From the NCBI GenBank assembly GCA_963666985.2, contig CAXXIA010000001.1, positions 1,152,001 to 1,216,000 on the forward strand: a DNA stretch of 64,000 nt, in the 5' to 3' direction. The notes under the pieces were generated by a model. That model did no database searches, was not told the origin of the DNA, and saw only the letters and a list, made by a program, of their open reading frames with translations. Positions 38,901 to 48,954 of this stretch are shown piece by piece (within the stretch, counting starts at the first letter, position 1; each line of letters starts with the position of its first letter). This stretch comes from Spirochaetia bacterium. Lineage in GTDB: Bacteria > Spirochaetota > Spirochaetia > DSM-2461. A program made the translations under genes and the position numbers.

Positions 38901-39788
38901 GTGAAACACTACGTTCTTTTCCTTATTATTTTTCCGGTGCTTCTTTCAGGCTGCAGGCCATCCCGCATCGATTTCCTTTCCGGCACTCCGGTGAGCGAAT
39001 CGAAGATTCCCGATAAACAGTCCGCCGAACCTTCAAAGATTCATCCCTTCTTTGATTTCACCGACACAGACTTTCCTGCCCGGCTTAACGGATTGCCCTC
39101 CAAAGCCCTTTCGGAACCGCGGCGCTTTTTGGATTTAGTCTCCGGAATGCTCGCAATCCCTGAGGATTATCTTTTGCCCGTCGGTCATAATCTTCCGCTG
39201 GATCCCGAATATGAACCGACCGAACTCATCCGAATCAAATCACTGCCTGATGCGCCTCTTACCAAAGGCAAGCAAAAACTGGCCGCGCCTGTTGCCGAAG
39301 AATTGCTCCGCTTAACCCGGGCCGCATCGGAAGAGGGCATCCGGCTTATGATTCTTTCCGCGTACCGCTCCTGGAGCTATCAGGATACGGTATACAAAAG
39401 ACACATCCGGCTTTATGGAGAACAAGAGGCGAATACGATGTCTCTTCCGGCGGGAACCAGTCAGCATCAACTGGGTACAACCGTGGATTTCGGTTACACC
39501 AAATCTCCGAACGGCGGAGAATGGCGGTTTATCGAAGAGGGACACCCCGCGCAAGTTTGGCTTTCAAAGAACGCAGGGGATTTTGGGTGGAGTCTTTCGT
39601 ACCCGTCTTCGGAAAAAGGAAGCATTATGTATGAGCCCTGGCATTGGCGCTGGATCGGTGTTGAGGCGGTTGAAATGCAGGATGATTTTTTCGGCGGCGA
39701 CCAGGAAGCGCTCCTGGGATTCTGGGCTCAAAACTCCTCGGCTTTTGCCGAGGCTTTCATCGGCGACGCTTTGAGTGGTGCGGATTGA
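38901..39788 (+). CDS. M15B (VanY-like) D,D-carboxypeptidase lipoprotein
   Basis: Lipobox LSGC; SAYRS, PAGTSQHQLG, YEPWHWRW. Confidence 0.9.
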   Translation: MKHYVLFLIIFPVLLSGCRPSRIDFLSGTPVSESKIPDKQSAEPSKIHPFFDFTDTDFPARLNGLPSKALSEPRRFLDLVSGMLAIPEDYLLPVGHNLPLDPEYEPTELIRIKSLPDAPLTKGKQKLAAPVAEELLRLTRAASEEGIRLMILSAYRSWSYQDTVYKRHIRLYGEQEANTMSLPAGTSQHQLGTTVDFGYTKSPNGGEWRFIEEGHPAQVWLSKNAGDFGWSLSYPSSEKGSIMYEPWHWRWIGVEAVEMQDDFFGGDQEALLGFWAQNSSAFAEAFIGDALSGAD

Positions 39789-39995
39789 GCGAAGCCTCGA
39801 GTCTGAAATCTTCGCCGCTTTTCCAACAGCCTTAAATCGGCCGATCTCCCGTATCGACGCGGCGCCGGCGCCGGAGAGCGTGAAGAGCTCATCGCCTTCG
39901 GCGGCGTCCTTCAGGCGGGTTCGGCCATGTTCGATTCTTCGTTCAGGCCCCTCACGCTTATCGGCCGCCGGTTTATTTCGTAACGAATCGGACTT

Positions 39996-41087
39996 TTACT
40001 CAGAGAGAATATCGAGACGATAAGCCTCTTCGCCATTCACTTCCAAAATGATGCCGGTTCCCACAGGAACGACAAAGGGGAAGGTTATGCGCCCGCCCGG
40101 ATGCGGCATGGAAAAAACCCGCGTTCGATCTTTGCCGGGCTCCTTGATGAATGCCTCCAGTAAAACCGGAACGGGATACTCGGGCAGCGTGTAATCAAAA
40201 AGTCCATATCGGGATCCTTCCGCGACATGCTCAGGACGGCTGTAGCGAAGGACGACTCGGGCGTCCGGACCGACTTCGGTTTTCGGTTTGGGAGATTGAG
40301 AAGTTACCCTGGGAACCCACCCGGCAGGCGCCACATTATCCTCAAAGAAAAGGAACGGCAGAGGAATACGAGAAAGCGAATCCATGGTTCCGCCAACATT
40401 CCAATCGGTCCAATCCTGCAGCCGAATCGGCGTATCCATTTTTCCTCTGCTGGCGATGAGTATAAGATCCCGCGGTTCGGAGAGAGGTGTTCCGGAGGGA
40501 GGATATTGGGCCAGAATCGTTCCGGGCTCCGAATCGTCATAAACATAAGAAACAGGCTCCCTGATGATAAGAAGCGGTTCGTGCGTTGAGAAAAGCGAGG
40601 CCAAGCGCCCCTGTACCTCGGTTACGGTTTTCCCCACGAAGTCTTCCACGTTATCCACGATGGCGCCGCGGCTGACGGTAACGATGATGCGCCTTCCGGC
40701 TTTCACGTAGAGACCGGGCCCCGGATCCTGGGAGAGCACCATGCCTTTGTCCGCGGGATTGTTCGTATATTTAATCTGAAGCCGCGGATAGAGCTCCCTT
40801 TCCTGCAGTTTTATCAGCGCTTCGGTGAGTTCCAATCCCCTCACCTCCGGTACGACGGTTTTCTCGGCGCCCCGTACCGACAGGAAAAACACGGCGATGA
40901 AAAAAAACATCATCACCAGGAACGATCCCCCGATAACCAGAAGCGCCTTCTGAAAATACCGGCGCTCGGTCGGATCGTCGGGCTGAACCGACAGGGAATC
41001 GTCCACCGCGGAAGAGGTGTTCGGAATGGGAACTTTGGAATTTTTCTTCTCGGTGCCGGTTTCTTTCTTTTTCTTTGCGGGAATCAT
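39996..41087 (-). CDS. PASTA-domain membrane protein
   Basis: TM helix then VPEVRG...VLSQDPGPG and ILAQYPPSG repeats; follows fmt. Confidence 0.88.
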   Translation of the reverse strand: MIPAKKKKETGTEKKNSKVPIPNTSSAVDDSLSVQPDDPTERRYFQKALLVIGGSFLVMMFFFIAVFFLSVRGAEKTVVPEVRGLELTEALIKLQERELYPRLQIKYTNNPADKGMVLSQDPGPGLYVKAGRRIIVTVSRGAIVDNVEDFVGKTVTEVQGRLASLFSTHEPLLIIREPVSYVYDDSEPGTILAQYPPSGTPLSEPRDLILIASRGKMDTPIRLQDWTDWNVGGTMDSLSRIPLPFLFFEDNVAPAGWVPRVTSQSPKPKTEVGPDARVVLRYSRPEHVAEGSRYGLFDYTLPEYPVPVLLEAFIKEPGKDRTRVFSMPHPGGRITFPFVVPVGTGIILEVNGEEAYRLDILSE

Positions 41088-42136
41088 CGGTACTCTCCCA
41101 GTATGGTGCCGGCATCCAGAGCGATGCCGTTAAGGAAGGATCGGAAATCCAAGGGCTTCCGGCCCGCCGCCTGAAGCCGCGTTACGGCCAGGATGCCTTC
41201 CCCCGTTTGTATCAGGATACCTCTCGATTTGTCCACTCCCAGTACCGTCCCCGGCAATAGTGCGCCCGCGGGAGCTTCCCCGCCGATTGGTTTTCCGGGG
41301 GTTTCGGACCGTGAAGAGTGACCGGCGGCGGCCGGTTCGGACCCGATTTCGGCAATGCCGGAAACCCCGCCCGCCGCGGCATCCGTAAAATCCGCCGGTG
41401 ACGCTTCCAAAAGAGCAAGAGGCGCCCCTTTGTGCGTCGTTACGGCCCGAGGCCAGGGAGTATAGGCCCGAATCATGCGCTCAATCCGAACCGCCGGCAA
41501 TGTCCAGTCGACGATACCGTCTTCTTTCTTTACCAGTCGGCAATAAACGGCGGCCGCATCCTCTTGAGGCACATCGACGGCTTTTCCTTCTTCAATATCC
41601 CTGATTGCGGCCGTAAGTTCACCCGCCGCGGCTTGGGCTACCGCTTCGGTTAAAGAAGCGCTCGTCTCGGTTCCGTTCAAGGGAAAAGGAGTTTGCCTGA
41701 TGATATCTCCCGCATCCATTTCGCGGGAAATCCTCTGAACCGTCAGAGCCGTTTCGGCATCTCCGGCCAAAAGAACCGCCGTAATCGGAGAAGGCCCTCG
41801 GTATTTGGGCAGGGCCGAGGGGTGCATGTTGATCCCGCCAAGCGGAAAGAGCGAAAGATACTTCGGCCCGAAGATGCGTCCGTAGGCGAACACAACCAAA
41901 AGATCGGCGCCCAAATCGGCGGTCAGAGAGCGTGCTTCGGCTCCGAGACGCTCCGGCTGAAGAACGTTCAATCCCAGTTCTTCGGCCGCCGCTTTCACCG
42001 GAGAAGGCGTTAATGATCTGCCCCGTCCGGAGACTTTATCCGGCGCGGTTAAAACCCCGACAACATCGAATTCCTCGGCCGCGGCCTTTAAAGAAGGAAC
42101 GGCGATTTCGGGTGTCCCGGCAAAAAGAATTTTCAT
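41084..42136 (-). CDS. fmt: Methionyl-tRNA formyltransferase
   Basis: MKILFAGTPEIA, INMHPSALPKYRGPSPI, MDAGDI, IRAYTPWP. Confidence 0.96.
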   Translation of the reverse strand: MKILFAGTPEIAVPSLKAAAEEFDVVGVLTAPDKVSGRGRSLTPSPVKAAAEELGLNVLQPERLGAEARSLTADLGADLLVVFAYGRIFGPKYLSLFPLGGINMHPSALPKYRGPSPITAVLLAGDAETALTVQRISREMDAGDIIRQTPFPLNGTETSASLTEAVAQAAAGELTAAIRDIEEGKAVDVPQEDAAAVYCRLVKKEDGIVDWTLPAVRIERMIRAYTPWPRAVTTHKGAPLALLEASPADFTDAAAGGVSGIAEIGSEPAAAGHSSRSETPGKPIGGEAPAGALLPGTVLGVDKSRGILIQTGEGILAVTRLQAAGRKPLDFRSFLNGIALDAGTILGEYR

Positions 42137-42645
42137 CCGGCCTCGGGATACCGTTCAGGTGAAACATCGAATTTGGAAAGAATCTTCTTTCGCTTGCGCT
42201 CCGAAAGATGATCGACAAACAGCACACCGTTCAGATGATCGAGTTCGTGCTGGATAACGGTGGCCCAAATACCCGTTGCTTCCATGGTGAAGGGACGTCC
42301 TTTCAGATTCCAGGCCTGAACCTGAATTTTCGCGGGCCTATCCACATCGGCGTACTGGCCGGGAAGGCTCAGGCATCCTTCCTCATAAGACGAGAGTTCC
42401 GGGCTGGTGGCCGTAATTTCCGGATTGATGAAAACCACAGGATCATCTTCGCCGACTTTCACGGTGAAAATTCGTTCCAAACGGCCCACCTGAGGTCCCG
42501 CCAGTCCGACGCCTTTTCCCAGAATCATTGTCTCTATCATCTCCTCCGCGACCTTCGCAAGCGCCCCGTCGATATTATGAACGGGTTCGGCGATACGCCG
42601 GAGTATTTGAAGCTGCTCTTCAATTCCTACTGTATAGATTTCCAT
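42133..42645 (-). CDS. def: Peptide deformylase
   Basis: GVGLAGPQVG, EEGCLSLP, QHELDHLNG. Confidence 0.97.
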   Translation of the reverse strand: MEIYTVGIEEQLQILRRIAEPVHNIDGALAKVAEEMIETMILGKGVGLAGPQVGRLERIFTVKVGEDDPVVFINPEITATSPELSSYEEGCLSLPGQYADVDRPAKIQVQAWNLKGRPFTMEATGIWATVIQHELDHLNGVLFVDHLSERKRKKILSKFDVSPERYPEAG

Positions 42646-42741
42646 AAAAGGAAATTTATCACATCCGGCAACTCGTAGAAAGTCGGTCCTGATACGGGAT
42701 GATTCTTGGCCTTTCCATCCGCCTATGGTATATCAATTATT

Positions 42742-43926
42742 ATGAGAAACCGCCTTAATGGATACCGAAGCCGCCGAATCCTGATTCCCCTGCTTCTTCT
42801 GACCGCGATGTTTTCTCCGCTGATCGAATCCCTGGAAGCCCGGGAAACTCATGTTGCCGTTCTGGGTTTGGAGAATCTCAACCGCGATCCGCGCTACGAC
42901 TATCTTGAAGGGATGATTCTCGGGGTTCTGATGTACGATTTAACCCGCGTCGACGACATTGTTCTTGTGGAACGCGCCCGTCTGGATCGTATCTTCGAAG
43001 AACAGGAACTCAAGCTTTCAGGGCTCCTTAATAATGTGGATACCGCGAAGCAAGTCGGACAGATGGCGGGCGCCGATGCCCTTATCGAAGGCAGTTATGC
43101 CTTCCTCGGCGGGGATATGATGATTAATCTCAGTCTGATGACGGTTGATGAGGGAAAGACCATCCCGCTGTCGGTCAGAGGCCAAACGGAGAATACCGTT
43201 CACAATCTGGCCGAACAAATCGTCGAGGCTTTGCTGGGACGCTCGGTTATTCTCGCGGGCGAAGAAGGTGAACGATCCCTGCTCTCGCTCAGCGACGAAG
43301 AACCCGGCAGCATCGAGTTCTACTGCAATTTCATCCAAGGTGAAATCTACGTGGACGATGAATTCTACGGATATACGCCGGGCGGAACAACGCCGACGAT
43401 ACTGGAAGATCTCAGCCCCGGCGAACATACCGTTCGTGTGGAAGCGGGAAACGATTTCGGCGTGATCGACTGGCCCGAGGTTGTTTTCCATGACTGGGAA
43501 GAACGCGTTGTGGTTAAAGCGGGACGCAAAAGCATCCTCAGGGCTTCCATTTTTCATTTCAACGATCAGCTTTACAGCGCGAAAAAACTCTACGGCGGCC
43601 GCTGGCGTCTGGAATCCGGCGCCGAGGAAGAAATTTCCGTCGAGGAAGATGCCTCCTACACGGACAGATCCGGCCGGACCGTGCCCGTAACCCTTATGTT
43701 AAACGCCGAACTGAAGGAAAATCGTCCGATTGTGCATCTGGAAGTGACGGCCGGACGAACAAGCCGCTCGTGGGATTTCGATCCGTCCGAGGAAACCATC
43801 GAAATGGAAGAGATGATCGGCCCTGTGGAACTGGATTTCGAACAGCATTGGTATTCGAACCGCTACTGGCAGATCGAAATCCGGCTGGATAGATCGGACA
43901 TCAATCAGGGGATGCACCGGGAATAA
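42742..43926 (+). CDS. Secreted protein with CsgG/FlgO-like N-domain and PEGA-like domain
   Basis: Signal peptide; VAVLGLEN, LVERARLDRIFEEQELKLSGL, GADALIEGS; IYVDDEFYGYTP..L..LSPGEHTV. Confidence 0.75.
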   Translation: MRNRLNGYRSRRILIPLLLLTAMFSPLIESLEARETHVAVLGLENLNRDPRYDYLEGMILGVLMYDLTRVDDIVLVERARLDRIFEEQELKLSGLLNNVDTAKQVGQMAGADALIEGSYAFLGGDMMINLSLMTVDEGKTIPLSVRGQTENTVHNLAEQIVEALLGRSVILAGEEGERSLLSLSDEEPGSIEFYCNFIQGEIYVDDEFYGYTPGGTTPTILEDLSPGEHTVRVEAGNDFGVIDWPEVVFHDWEERVVVKAGRKSILRASIFHFNDQLYSAKKLYGGRWRLESGAEEEISVEEDASYTDRSGRTVPVTLMLNAELKENRPIVHLEVTAGRTSRSWDFDPSEETIEMEEMIGPVELDFEQHWYSNRYWQIEIRLDRSDINQGMHRE

Positions 43927-44054
43927 AGCGCAAATTTTGTCGCCGCTCGGCGACGGAAGCGGCACGGCCCGCCGCCGCGCGTAAAGTCAGATGTTTCCGA
44001 TCCGGATAAGAACGGCGGAAAAAGCGCCGCACCCGGCGGCCCCGCAAAAAAGGG

Positions 44055-46007
44055 CTACAGCATGCTCACCGGATCAACGTCCGCTTCAAGCCGTACTCCG
44101 TTCGGCAACCGCGTTTGCGAAAGCACGGCGGCGATCGCCGCATGAGTCCGGTCGAAGGCCGCCGAGCGTAAAATCACATGACGCCGGTACTGCCCGGAGA
44201 GTTTCCCTATGGGACATTCGGCGGGACCCAGCAGTTCCCAGTCCCTGCCGCCGCCTGAAAGACGCAAAGCCAATTCTTCCGCGACGGATCGGACGCGCTC
44301 TTCCGAGGCTCCCTTCACGACGATGCGGAAAAGACGGCTGAAGGGCGGAAAACCCAAAGCCTTTCTCTCTTCAATCTCGTTTTCGTAAAACTCTGCGATC
44401 CGCCCTTCGGCCGCCAAACGAACGGCGGGAGACTCCGGACGGAACGTCTGAACAAGCACTTCCCCATCGGGAAGAAACCGTCCGGCTCTTCCGGCGACTT
44501 GAATAATCAGCGCGAAGGTTCTTTCGGCGCTTCTGAAATCGGGAAGATTCAACGATGTGTCCGCCGAAAGAACCGCGGCGAGCTTCACTCCCGGAGCGTT
44601 CAATCCCTTGGCCACCATCTGCGTACCGAGAAGAATATCGATGGAACCTTCCCGAAACTCGCGGAGAGCCGTTTCCAATACGCCTTTTTTCCGAACAGAA
44701 TCGGCATCCAGCCGTACGGCTCTTTTTTCCGGAAAAAGGGAGGCGATTTCCTCTTCCACTTTTTCCGTTCCGAATCCGGCCGCCGTCATCTCCACAGATC
44801 CGCACTTCGGACAAACCTCGGGCGGACGGCAGCCGTAGCCGCAGTAATGACAAACCATTTTCCCGGCACCCTTATGATAGGTGAGAGGCACACTGCAATG
44901 CCTGCAGTGTACTTCCTCTCCGCAGCTTCGGCAGCTGTAATGGTAGGAGAACCCTCGGCGGTTGAGAAACAGAAGAACCTGCCGTCCCTCGCCCAAAACA
45001 CGCGTCATGGCCTTCACCAACTCTCGGGAAAACAGACCCTTTTCTTTCGTTAAATCCACGATGGAAACGGACGGCGGAGCCCCGCCGGCGGGCCGTCCTT
45101 GAAGTTCAAGACGCGTCAGGCGTCTTTGGTTCATCAGATTCCAGGCTTCCATCGACGGGGTTGCGCTGCCCATAACAAGCCTGGCGCCTTCATCGCGGCA
45201 CCGTTTCATCGCGACTTGCCTGGCATGATAGCGCGGCGCGGAAGAGGATTTATACGATCCCTCATGCTCCTCGTCGAGAATGATGAGTCCCAAATCCTCT
45301 AAAGGCGCGAATACCGCGCTCCGGGCGCCCAGAACGAATCGGGCTTCTCCCGATCGGATGCGGCGCCATTCGGCCAGCCGGCGCGATGGGGTTAAACCCG
45401 AATGAATCACGGCCAGCATCCCGGGAAAACGCCGCTCAAGAGAATCGACAAGATGATGAGAGAGGGCTATCTCCGGAACCAGATATATAACACCCTTCCC
45501 TTTTGAAAGCACCGATTCGGCGGCCCGTAGAAACACTTCCGTTTTCCCTGATCCGGTAGGCCCGTAGAGGTAAGACCATCCCTTCTCATCGGATTCAAGA
45601 GAATCCAGGGCCGCGCTCTGACTCTCGGTGAGGAATTTTTCGCGGCTTTTTTCCCCGTTCTCATCCTCATCACCGACATCCGGTATCTCGCGCGGTTCCC
45701 GCCGTCCGCCGGGAAGCATCGTCGCAAGGGTTTCGCCCAGAGATGAGAAAGTTAAATCGGCCAGCCACCTGGCCAGCGCAAGAAGGCCCGTATCGAAAAG
45801 AGGCTCTTTATCCACGACTCTTTCGATGGATTTGAGCGAGATTCCTTCGGGAGCATGATCGGGATGGGAAACAACCCAGCCGGTCAATTTACGGCGGCCG
45901 AGAGACGCGACGACGCGGCATCCGACGGGTACCGCTTCTTCCGATTCGTAGGTATAGCCGGTATCGACGGGTATATTAAATACCAGTTCCAACAGCATTC
46001 CAGGCAT
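44055..46007 (-). CDS. priA: Primosomal protein N' helicase
   Basis: GPTGSGKTEV, DEEHEGSYK, four CxxC pairs, GTQMVAKG, QVAGRAGR. Confidence 0.96.
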   Translation of the reverse strand: MPGMLLELVFNIPVDTGYTYESEEAVPVGCRVVASLGRRKLTGWVVSHPDHAPEGISLKSIERVVDKEPLFDTGLLALARWLADLTFSSLGETLATMLPGGRREPREIPDVGDEDENGEKSREKFLTESQSAALDSLESDEKGWSYLYGPTGSGKTEVFLRAAESVLSKGKGVIYLVPEIALSHHLVDSLERRFPGMLAVIHSGLTPSRRLAEWRRIRSGEARFVLGARSAVFAPLEDLGLIILDEEHEGSYKSSSAPRYHARQVAMKRCRDEGARLVMGSATPSMEAWNLMNQRRLTRLELQGRPAGGAPPSVSIVDLTKEKGLFSRELVKAMTRVLGEGRQVLLFLNRRGFSYHYSCRSCGEEVHCRHCSVPLTYHKGAGKMVCHYCGYGCRPPEVCPKCGSVEMTAAGFGTEKVEEEIASLFPEKRAVRLDADSVRKKGVLETALREFREGSIDILLGTQMVAKGLNAPGVKLAAVLSADTSLNLPDFRSAERTFALIIQVAGRAGRFLPDGEVLVQTFRPESPAVRLAAEGRIAEFYENEIEERKALGFPPFSRLFRIVVKGASEERVRSVAEELALRLSGGGRDWELLGPAECPIGKLSGQYRRHVILRSAAFDRTHAAIAAVLSQTRLPNGVRLEADVDPVSML

Positions 46008-46998
46008 CCTTCAGCCGCTTCAAGGCATCCCAGACGGGTCTGCGCAGACGGGAGGGATTTGCCAGGACTTCCGACGGAGTCCAGAGAACAAGCGCCGGAA
46101 CGGCGCCCCATGTCCAGTCTTTCCCCACCAGTTTCGGGAAATCCGCCGAACTTCCGGTGAGGACGCCGCAGGCCGCGTCTCCCAGAGCCAGGACGGCTTT
46201 CGGCCGGATGATTTTATACTGTTCCCGAAGATATCCCGAACACGCGGCCGCCTCTTCGGCGTGGGGCGGCCTTCCGCCGGGTGTGCGGCATTTCACCGCC
46301 GGTGTGATGAATATGTCGGATGAGGGATTCAGCGCCAGAGCGGCCAGCCATTTTTCGAGGTATTCGAACTCATAGGGAGCAAGAGGACCGCCTCCTTCCG
46401 GAGCGCCGTCGACCGGCGGCGGGGTAACGATCATCAAAGTCGCGCCGACCGAACCGACGCCGGGAACGGTATTCTCCCGTGTCAGATGCAGATTGCAGGC
46501 GCGGCATTGCGCGGCTTTTTCGGCAACGGCTTGGAGTTCCGGCGACGAGGGCGCTTGACGGCCGAACGACGGGACTGAGGCCGCCGAGGTGCCCCCGGGG
46601 TGGAGTGCGGCGGGCGAATCGGGAGTTTGGGAGAGGGAAGCGGGGGATGAATCGGTGAGGCCGGGAGAGGGGTTCTGAGAATCGGATCGCAGGCGGATTC
46701 GTGCCGATGCGCCGGCAAAGGATGCCCCGCCTGATTCCGCTGCGTTTCGAGACGAGAAACCGCCTGCGGAAGGAATAACTCCGGACGACGAATTGAGAGC
46801 GGCGGCTCCATTTGCCGTTGACGCATTCTCCGGCGAGGGTGTATCCGAGTGCGATTTGAGTGCCGAATCCGCCCGTATGGTTTCAGGCAATATGATTGTT
46901 TCTTCGTCCCCGGAATCCATTCGGTATCCGAAGGAAATCCAATCCGCCGTATCTTTCAGAATGCGCCCGTACTCAACGAACGCCTGCTCACGATCCAT
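45976..46998 (-). CDS. Uracil-DNA glycosylase family 4-like protein (divergent)
   Basis: CRACNLHLTRENTVPGVG, VKCRTPGGRPP, IRPKAVLALG. Confidence 0.8.
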   Translation of the reverse strand: MDREQAFVEYGRILKDTADWISFGYRMDSGDEETIILPETIRADSALKSHSDTPSPENASTANGAAALNSSSGVIPSAGGFSSRNAAESGGASFAGASARIRLRSDSQNPSPGLTDSSPASLSQTPDSPAALHPGGTSAASVPSFGRQAPSSPELQAVAEKAAQCRACNLHLTRENTVPGVGSVGATLMIVTPPPVDGAPEGGGPLAPYEFEYLEKWLAALALNPSSDIFITPAVKCRTPGGRPPHAEEAAACSGYLREQYKIIRPKAVLALGDAACGVLTGSSADFPKLVGKDWTWGAVPALVLWTPSEVLANPSRLRRPVWDALKRLKDAWNAVGTGI

Positions 46999-47734
46999 AA
47001 TTCACCTTCGTCAGAAACAAACCCCTGGGAGGAGCCGTCGGACCGGCCGCTTCCCGTTTTTCCTCCTGAAGTATGCCCCGCATGGCCTCTTCGCCGCCAC
47101 CCCGAAGGCCCAAGTCGATCAAGGTACCGACGATGGAGCGTACCATGCGCCAAAGAAAGGCGTTGCCGCTGATCCGGTAGATAACAAGAGGTCCTTCGCA
47201 GTGAAAAACCGAATGTTCGATTCTTCTTATCCGTGATTTGCTGGCATCACCGGCCGCGGAAAAGGTTGTAAAATCATGGGTTCCGCAGAGAACGGAGGCC
47301 ATTTCGTTCAGCACGGCTAAGGAGGGGAGCCGCTTCACAAGCCACACATAGCGGCTTAAGTGAGCCGGACCGGACGCACCTTCCATAATTCGGTATTCGT
47401 AACGGCGGTTCACCGCATCCCGGCGGGAATGAAAATCATCGGAAACCTGTTCGCTTCGGAGAATCCGGACATCCCGGGGAAGCCGCGCATTCACCGCGTC
47501 GCGAAACTTCCATTCGGGGATTCCATCCTTATCCGTCCGGAAATTCCCCACCTGCCCTACGGCATGCACGCCTGAATCGGTTCTGCCGGCGCCGATAAGA
47601 GGAACCGAATGCCCGTGGAGATCGCTTAAAGCCTCTTCAAGAACTCCCTGAACGCTTCTTTCTTCGGACTGCACCTGCCATCCGGCGAAGTCGGTCCCGT
47701 CGTAGGAGATAAGAAGCTTGATGTTGCGGATCAC
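46988..47734 (-). CDS. truA: tRNA pseudouridine(38-40) synthase
   Basis: YDGTDFAGWQVQ, GAGRTDSGVHA, GNAFLWRMVR, TAPPRGL. Confidence 0.96.
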   Translation of the reverse strand: MIRNIKLLISYDGTDFAGWQVQSEERSVQGVLEEALSDLHGHSVPLIGAGRTDSGVHAVGQVGNFRTDKDGIPEWKFRDAVNARLPRDVRILRSEQVSDDFHSRRDAVNRRYEYRIMEGASGPAHLSRYVWLVKRLPSLAVLNEMASVLCGTHDFTTFSAAGDASKSRIRRIEHSVFHCEGPLVIYRISGNAFLWRMVRSIVGTLIDLGLRGGGEEAMRGILQEEKREAAGPTAPPRGLFLTKVNYGS

Positions 47735-48579
47735 GGAGTCAGGCTCTCCAGTTCCGCCTTGATGGATTTATGAAGCTCCCTTCCCAAATCCAATAAGACC
47801 GAGGGTTTCGACTTGGAGGATTTTCCCATTCCGACAATGCGGGAAACAGCGGATCGGGCTTCTTTTAAAGCGGAAGCGCGCTTGAGCGCGTCATCGGACT
47901 GACCGTACTTCAGAAGAAGAACGCCGATAAGATAGAGAACACCGTCAAAGCCGTAATTATTGTCCAAATCCGGTCCGTGATGCGGAATATTCTCAATACT
48001 TTCTTTTCCCCGCTGCTCGTTCGGAAGAATTTCACTGTAGAAAAAAGACGCTTTGCGCAAAAAGATTCTCGCCAGATAATCGAAATTTTCCTGCGGTCTG
48101 TGCTCATGAAGATCGTTGGCAAGCCATCCGGCCCTTAAGAAGGACATGGCGCGCATGAATGTCGGAGTATCTTCGGGAGGACGACGCTCATAACACAAAG
48201 ATGCCAGCACATAGGAGGCGATCCCCTCCTGCAAGGTTCTCTCCCGTTCAAAATCCACATCGGGAAGAATATTTTTAAAATAGTGCTTCCGCTTTTCTAT
48301 TTCCTTTTCGAGATTTTCCATAACGTCGATTCCGGGATTCTCGAAATGCCTGGGGTAGGCGGCGTACCAGCAGTGGGGGCAAACCGATACCGGATAGATA
48401 AGCGGATAAATATGTCCGTATTTCTGTGTGGGCAGATAGACTCTGTGCAGCTCGTCGGTCAGTTCTCCCGCATTCATGCGGCCGCCGCCGGTCAGCAGCT
48501 CTTCCCGCCGAAAAGCGCAATTGCAAACCGGACAGACCGTCTCTTTCTTCGCCCTGTAGCTGACCTTTCCTTCCGCCAC
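47731..48579 (-). CDS. DUF2225-like protein
   Basis: N-terminal CPVC and VCPHCWYA zinc pairs plus LRAGWL helical region. Confidence 0.75.
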   Translation of the reverse strand: MAEGKVSYRAKKETVCPVCNCAFRREELLTGGGRMNAGELTDELHRVYLPTQKYGHIYPLIYPVSVCPHCWYAAYPRHFENPGIDVMENLEKEIEKRKHYFKNILPDVDFERERTLQEGIASYVLASLCYERRPPEDTPTFMRAMSFLRAGWLANDLHEHRPQENFDYLARIFLRKASFFYSEILPNEQRGKESIENIPHHGPDLDNNYGFDGVLYLIGVLLLKYGQSDDALKRASALKEARSAVSRIVGMGKSSKSKPSVLLDLGRELHKSIKAELESLTP

Positions 48580-48581
48580 CT

Positions 48582-48953
48582 TTAATCCTCCAGTATCACC
48601 TGAGCCGCCGCCAGATCGCCTTCATGCGTGAGAGAAAGGTGGATCCGAGCGGCGCCGGCCGCTTCCATTGCTTTTCGGGCGCTTCCTTCGACGCGGAGGG
48701 ACGGCTTTCCGGATTTTTCACTGACAACGCAAATCTGTTTGAGCGCCAGACCGGCGAATCCGGTTCCGAGCGCTTTGGCAAACGCTTCCTTGGCCGCGAA
48801 ACGCGCCGCCAGAGAAGAGGGCGCCGCGGCACCGCGGGATTGTACCTCTGCGAGTTCTTCTTCATGAAAAAATCGGCGGCACAGTTTTTCATCCTCCAGC
48901 CACGGCGCAATTCGGGAGATTGTGACGAAATCGATCCCCGTTCCCACAATCAC
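48582..48953 (-). CDS. acpS: Holo-ACP synthase
   Basis: GTGID, LAARFAAKEAFAKALGTG, SGKP, HLSLTHE; GTG start. Confidence 0.95.
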   Translation of the reverse strand: MIVGTGIDFVTISRIAPWLEDEKLCRRFFHEEELAEVQSRGAAAPSSLAARFAAKEAFAKALGTGFAGLALKQICVVSEKSGKPSLRVEGSARKAMEAAGAARIHLSLTHEGDLAAAQVILED

Positions 48954-48954
48954 T

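Noticed and set aside
38901..39788. Vancomycin resistance locus
   Set aside because: A lone M15B peptidase without vanHAX or vanRS; such enzymes are common in cell-wall turnover.
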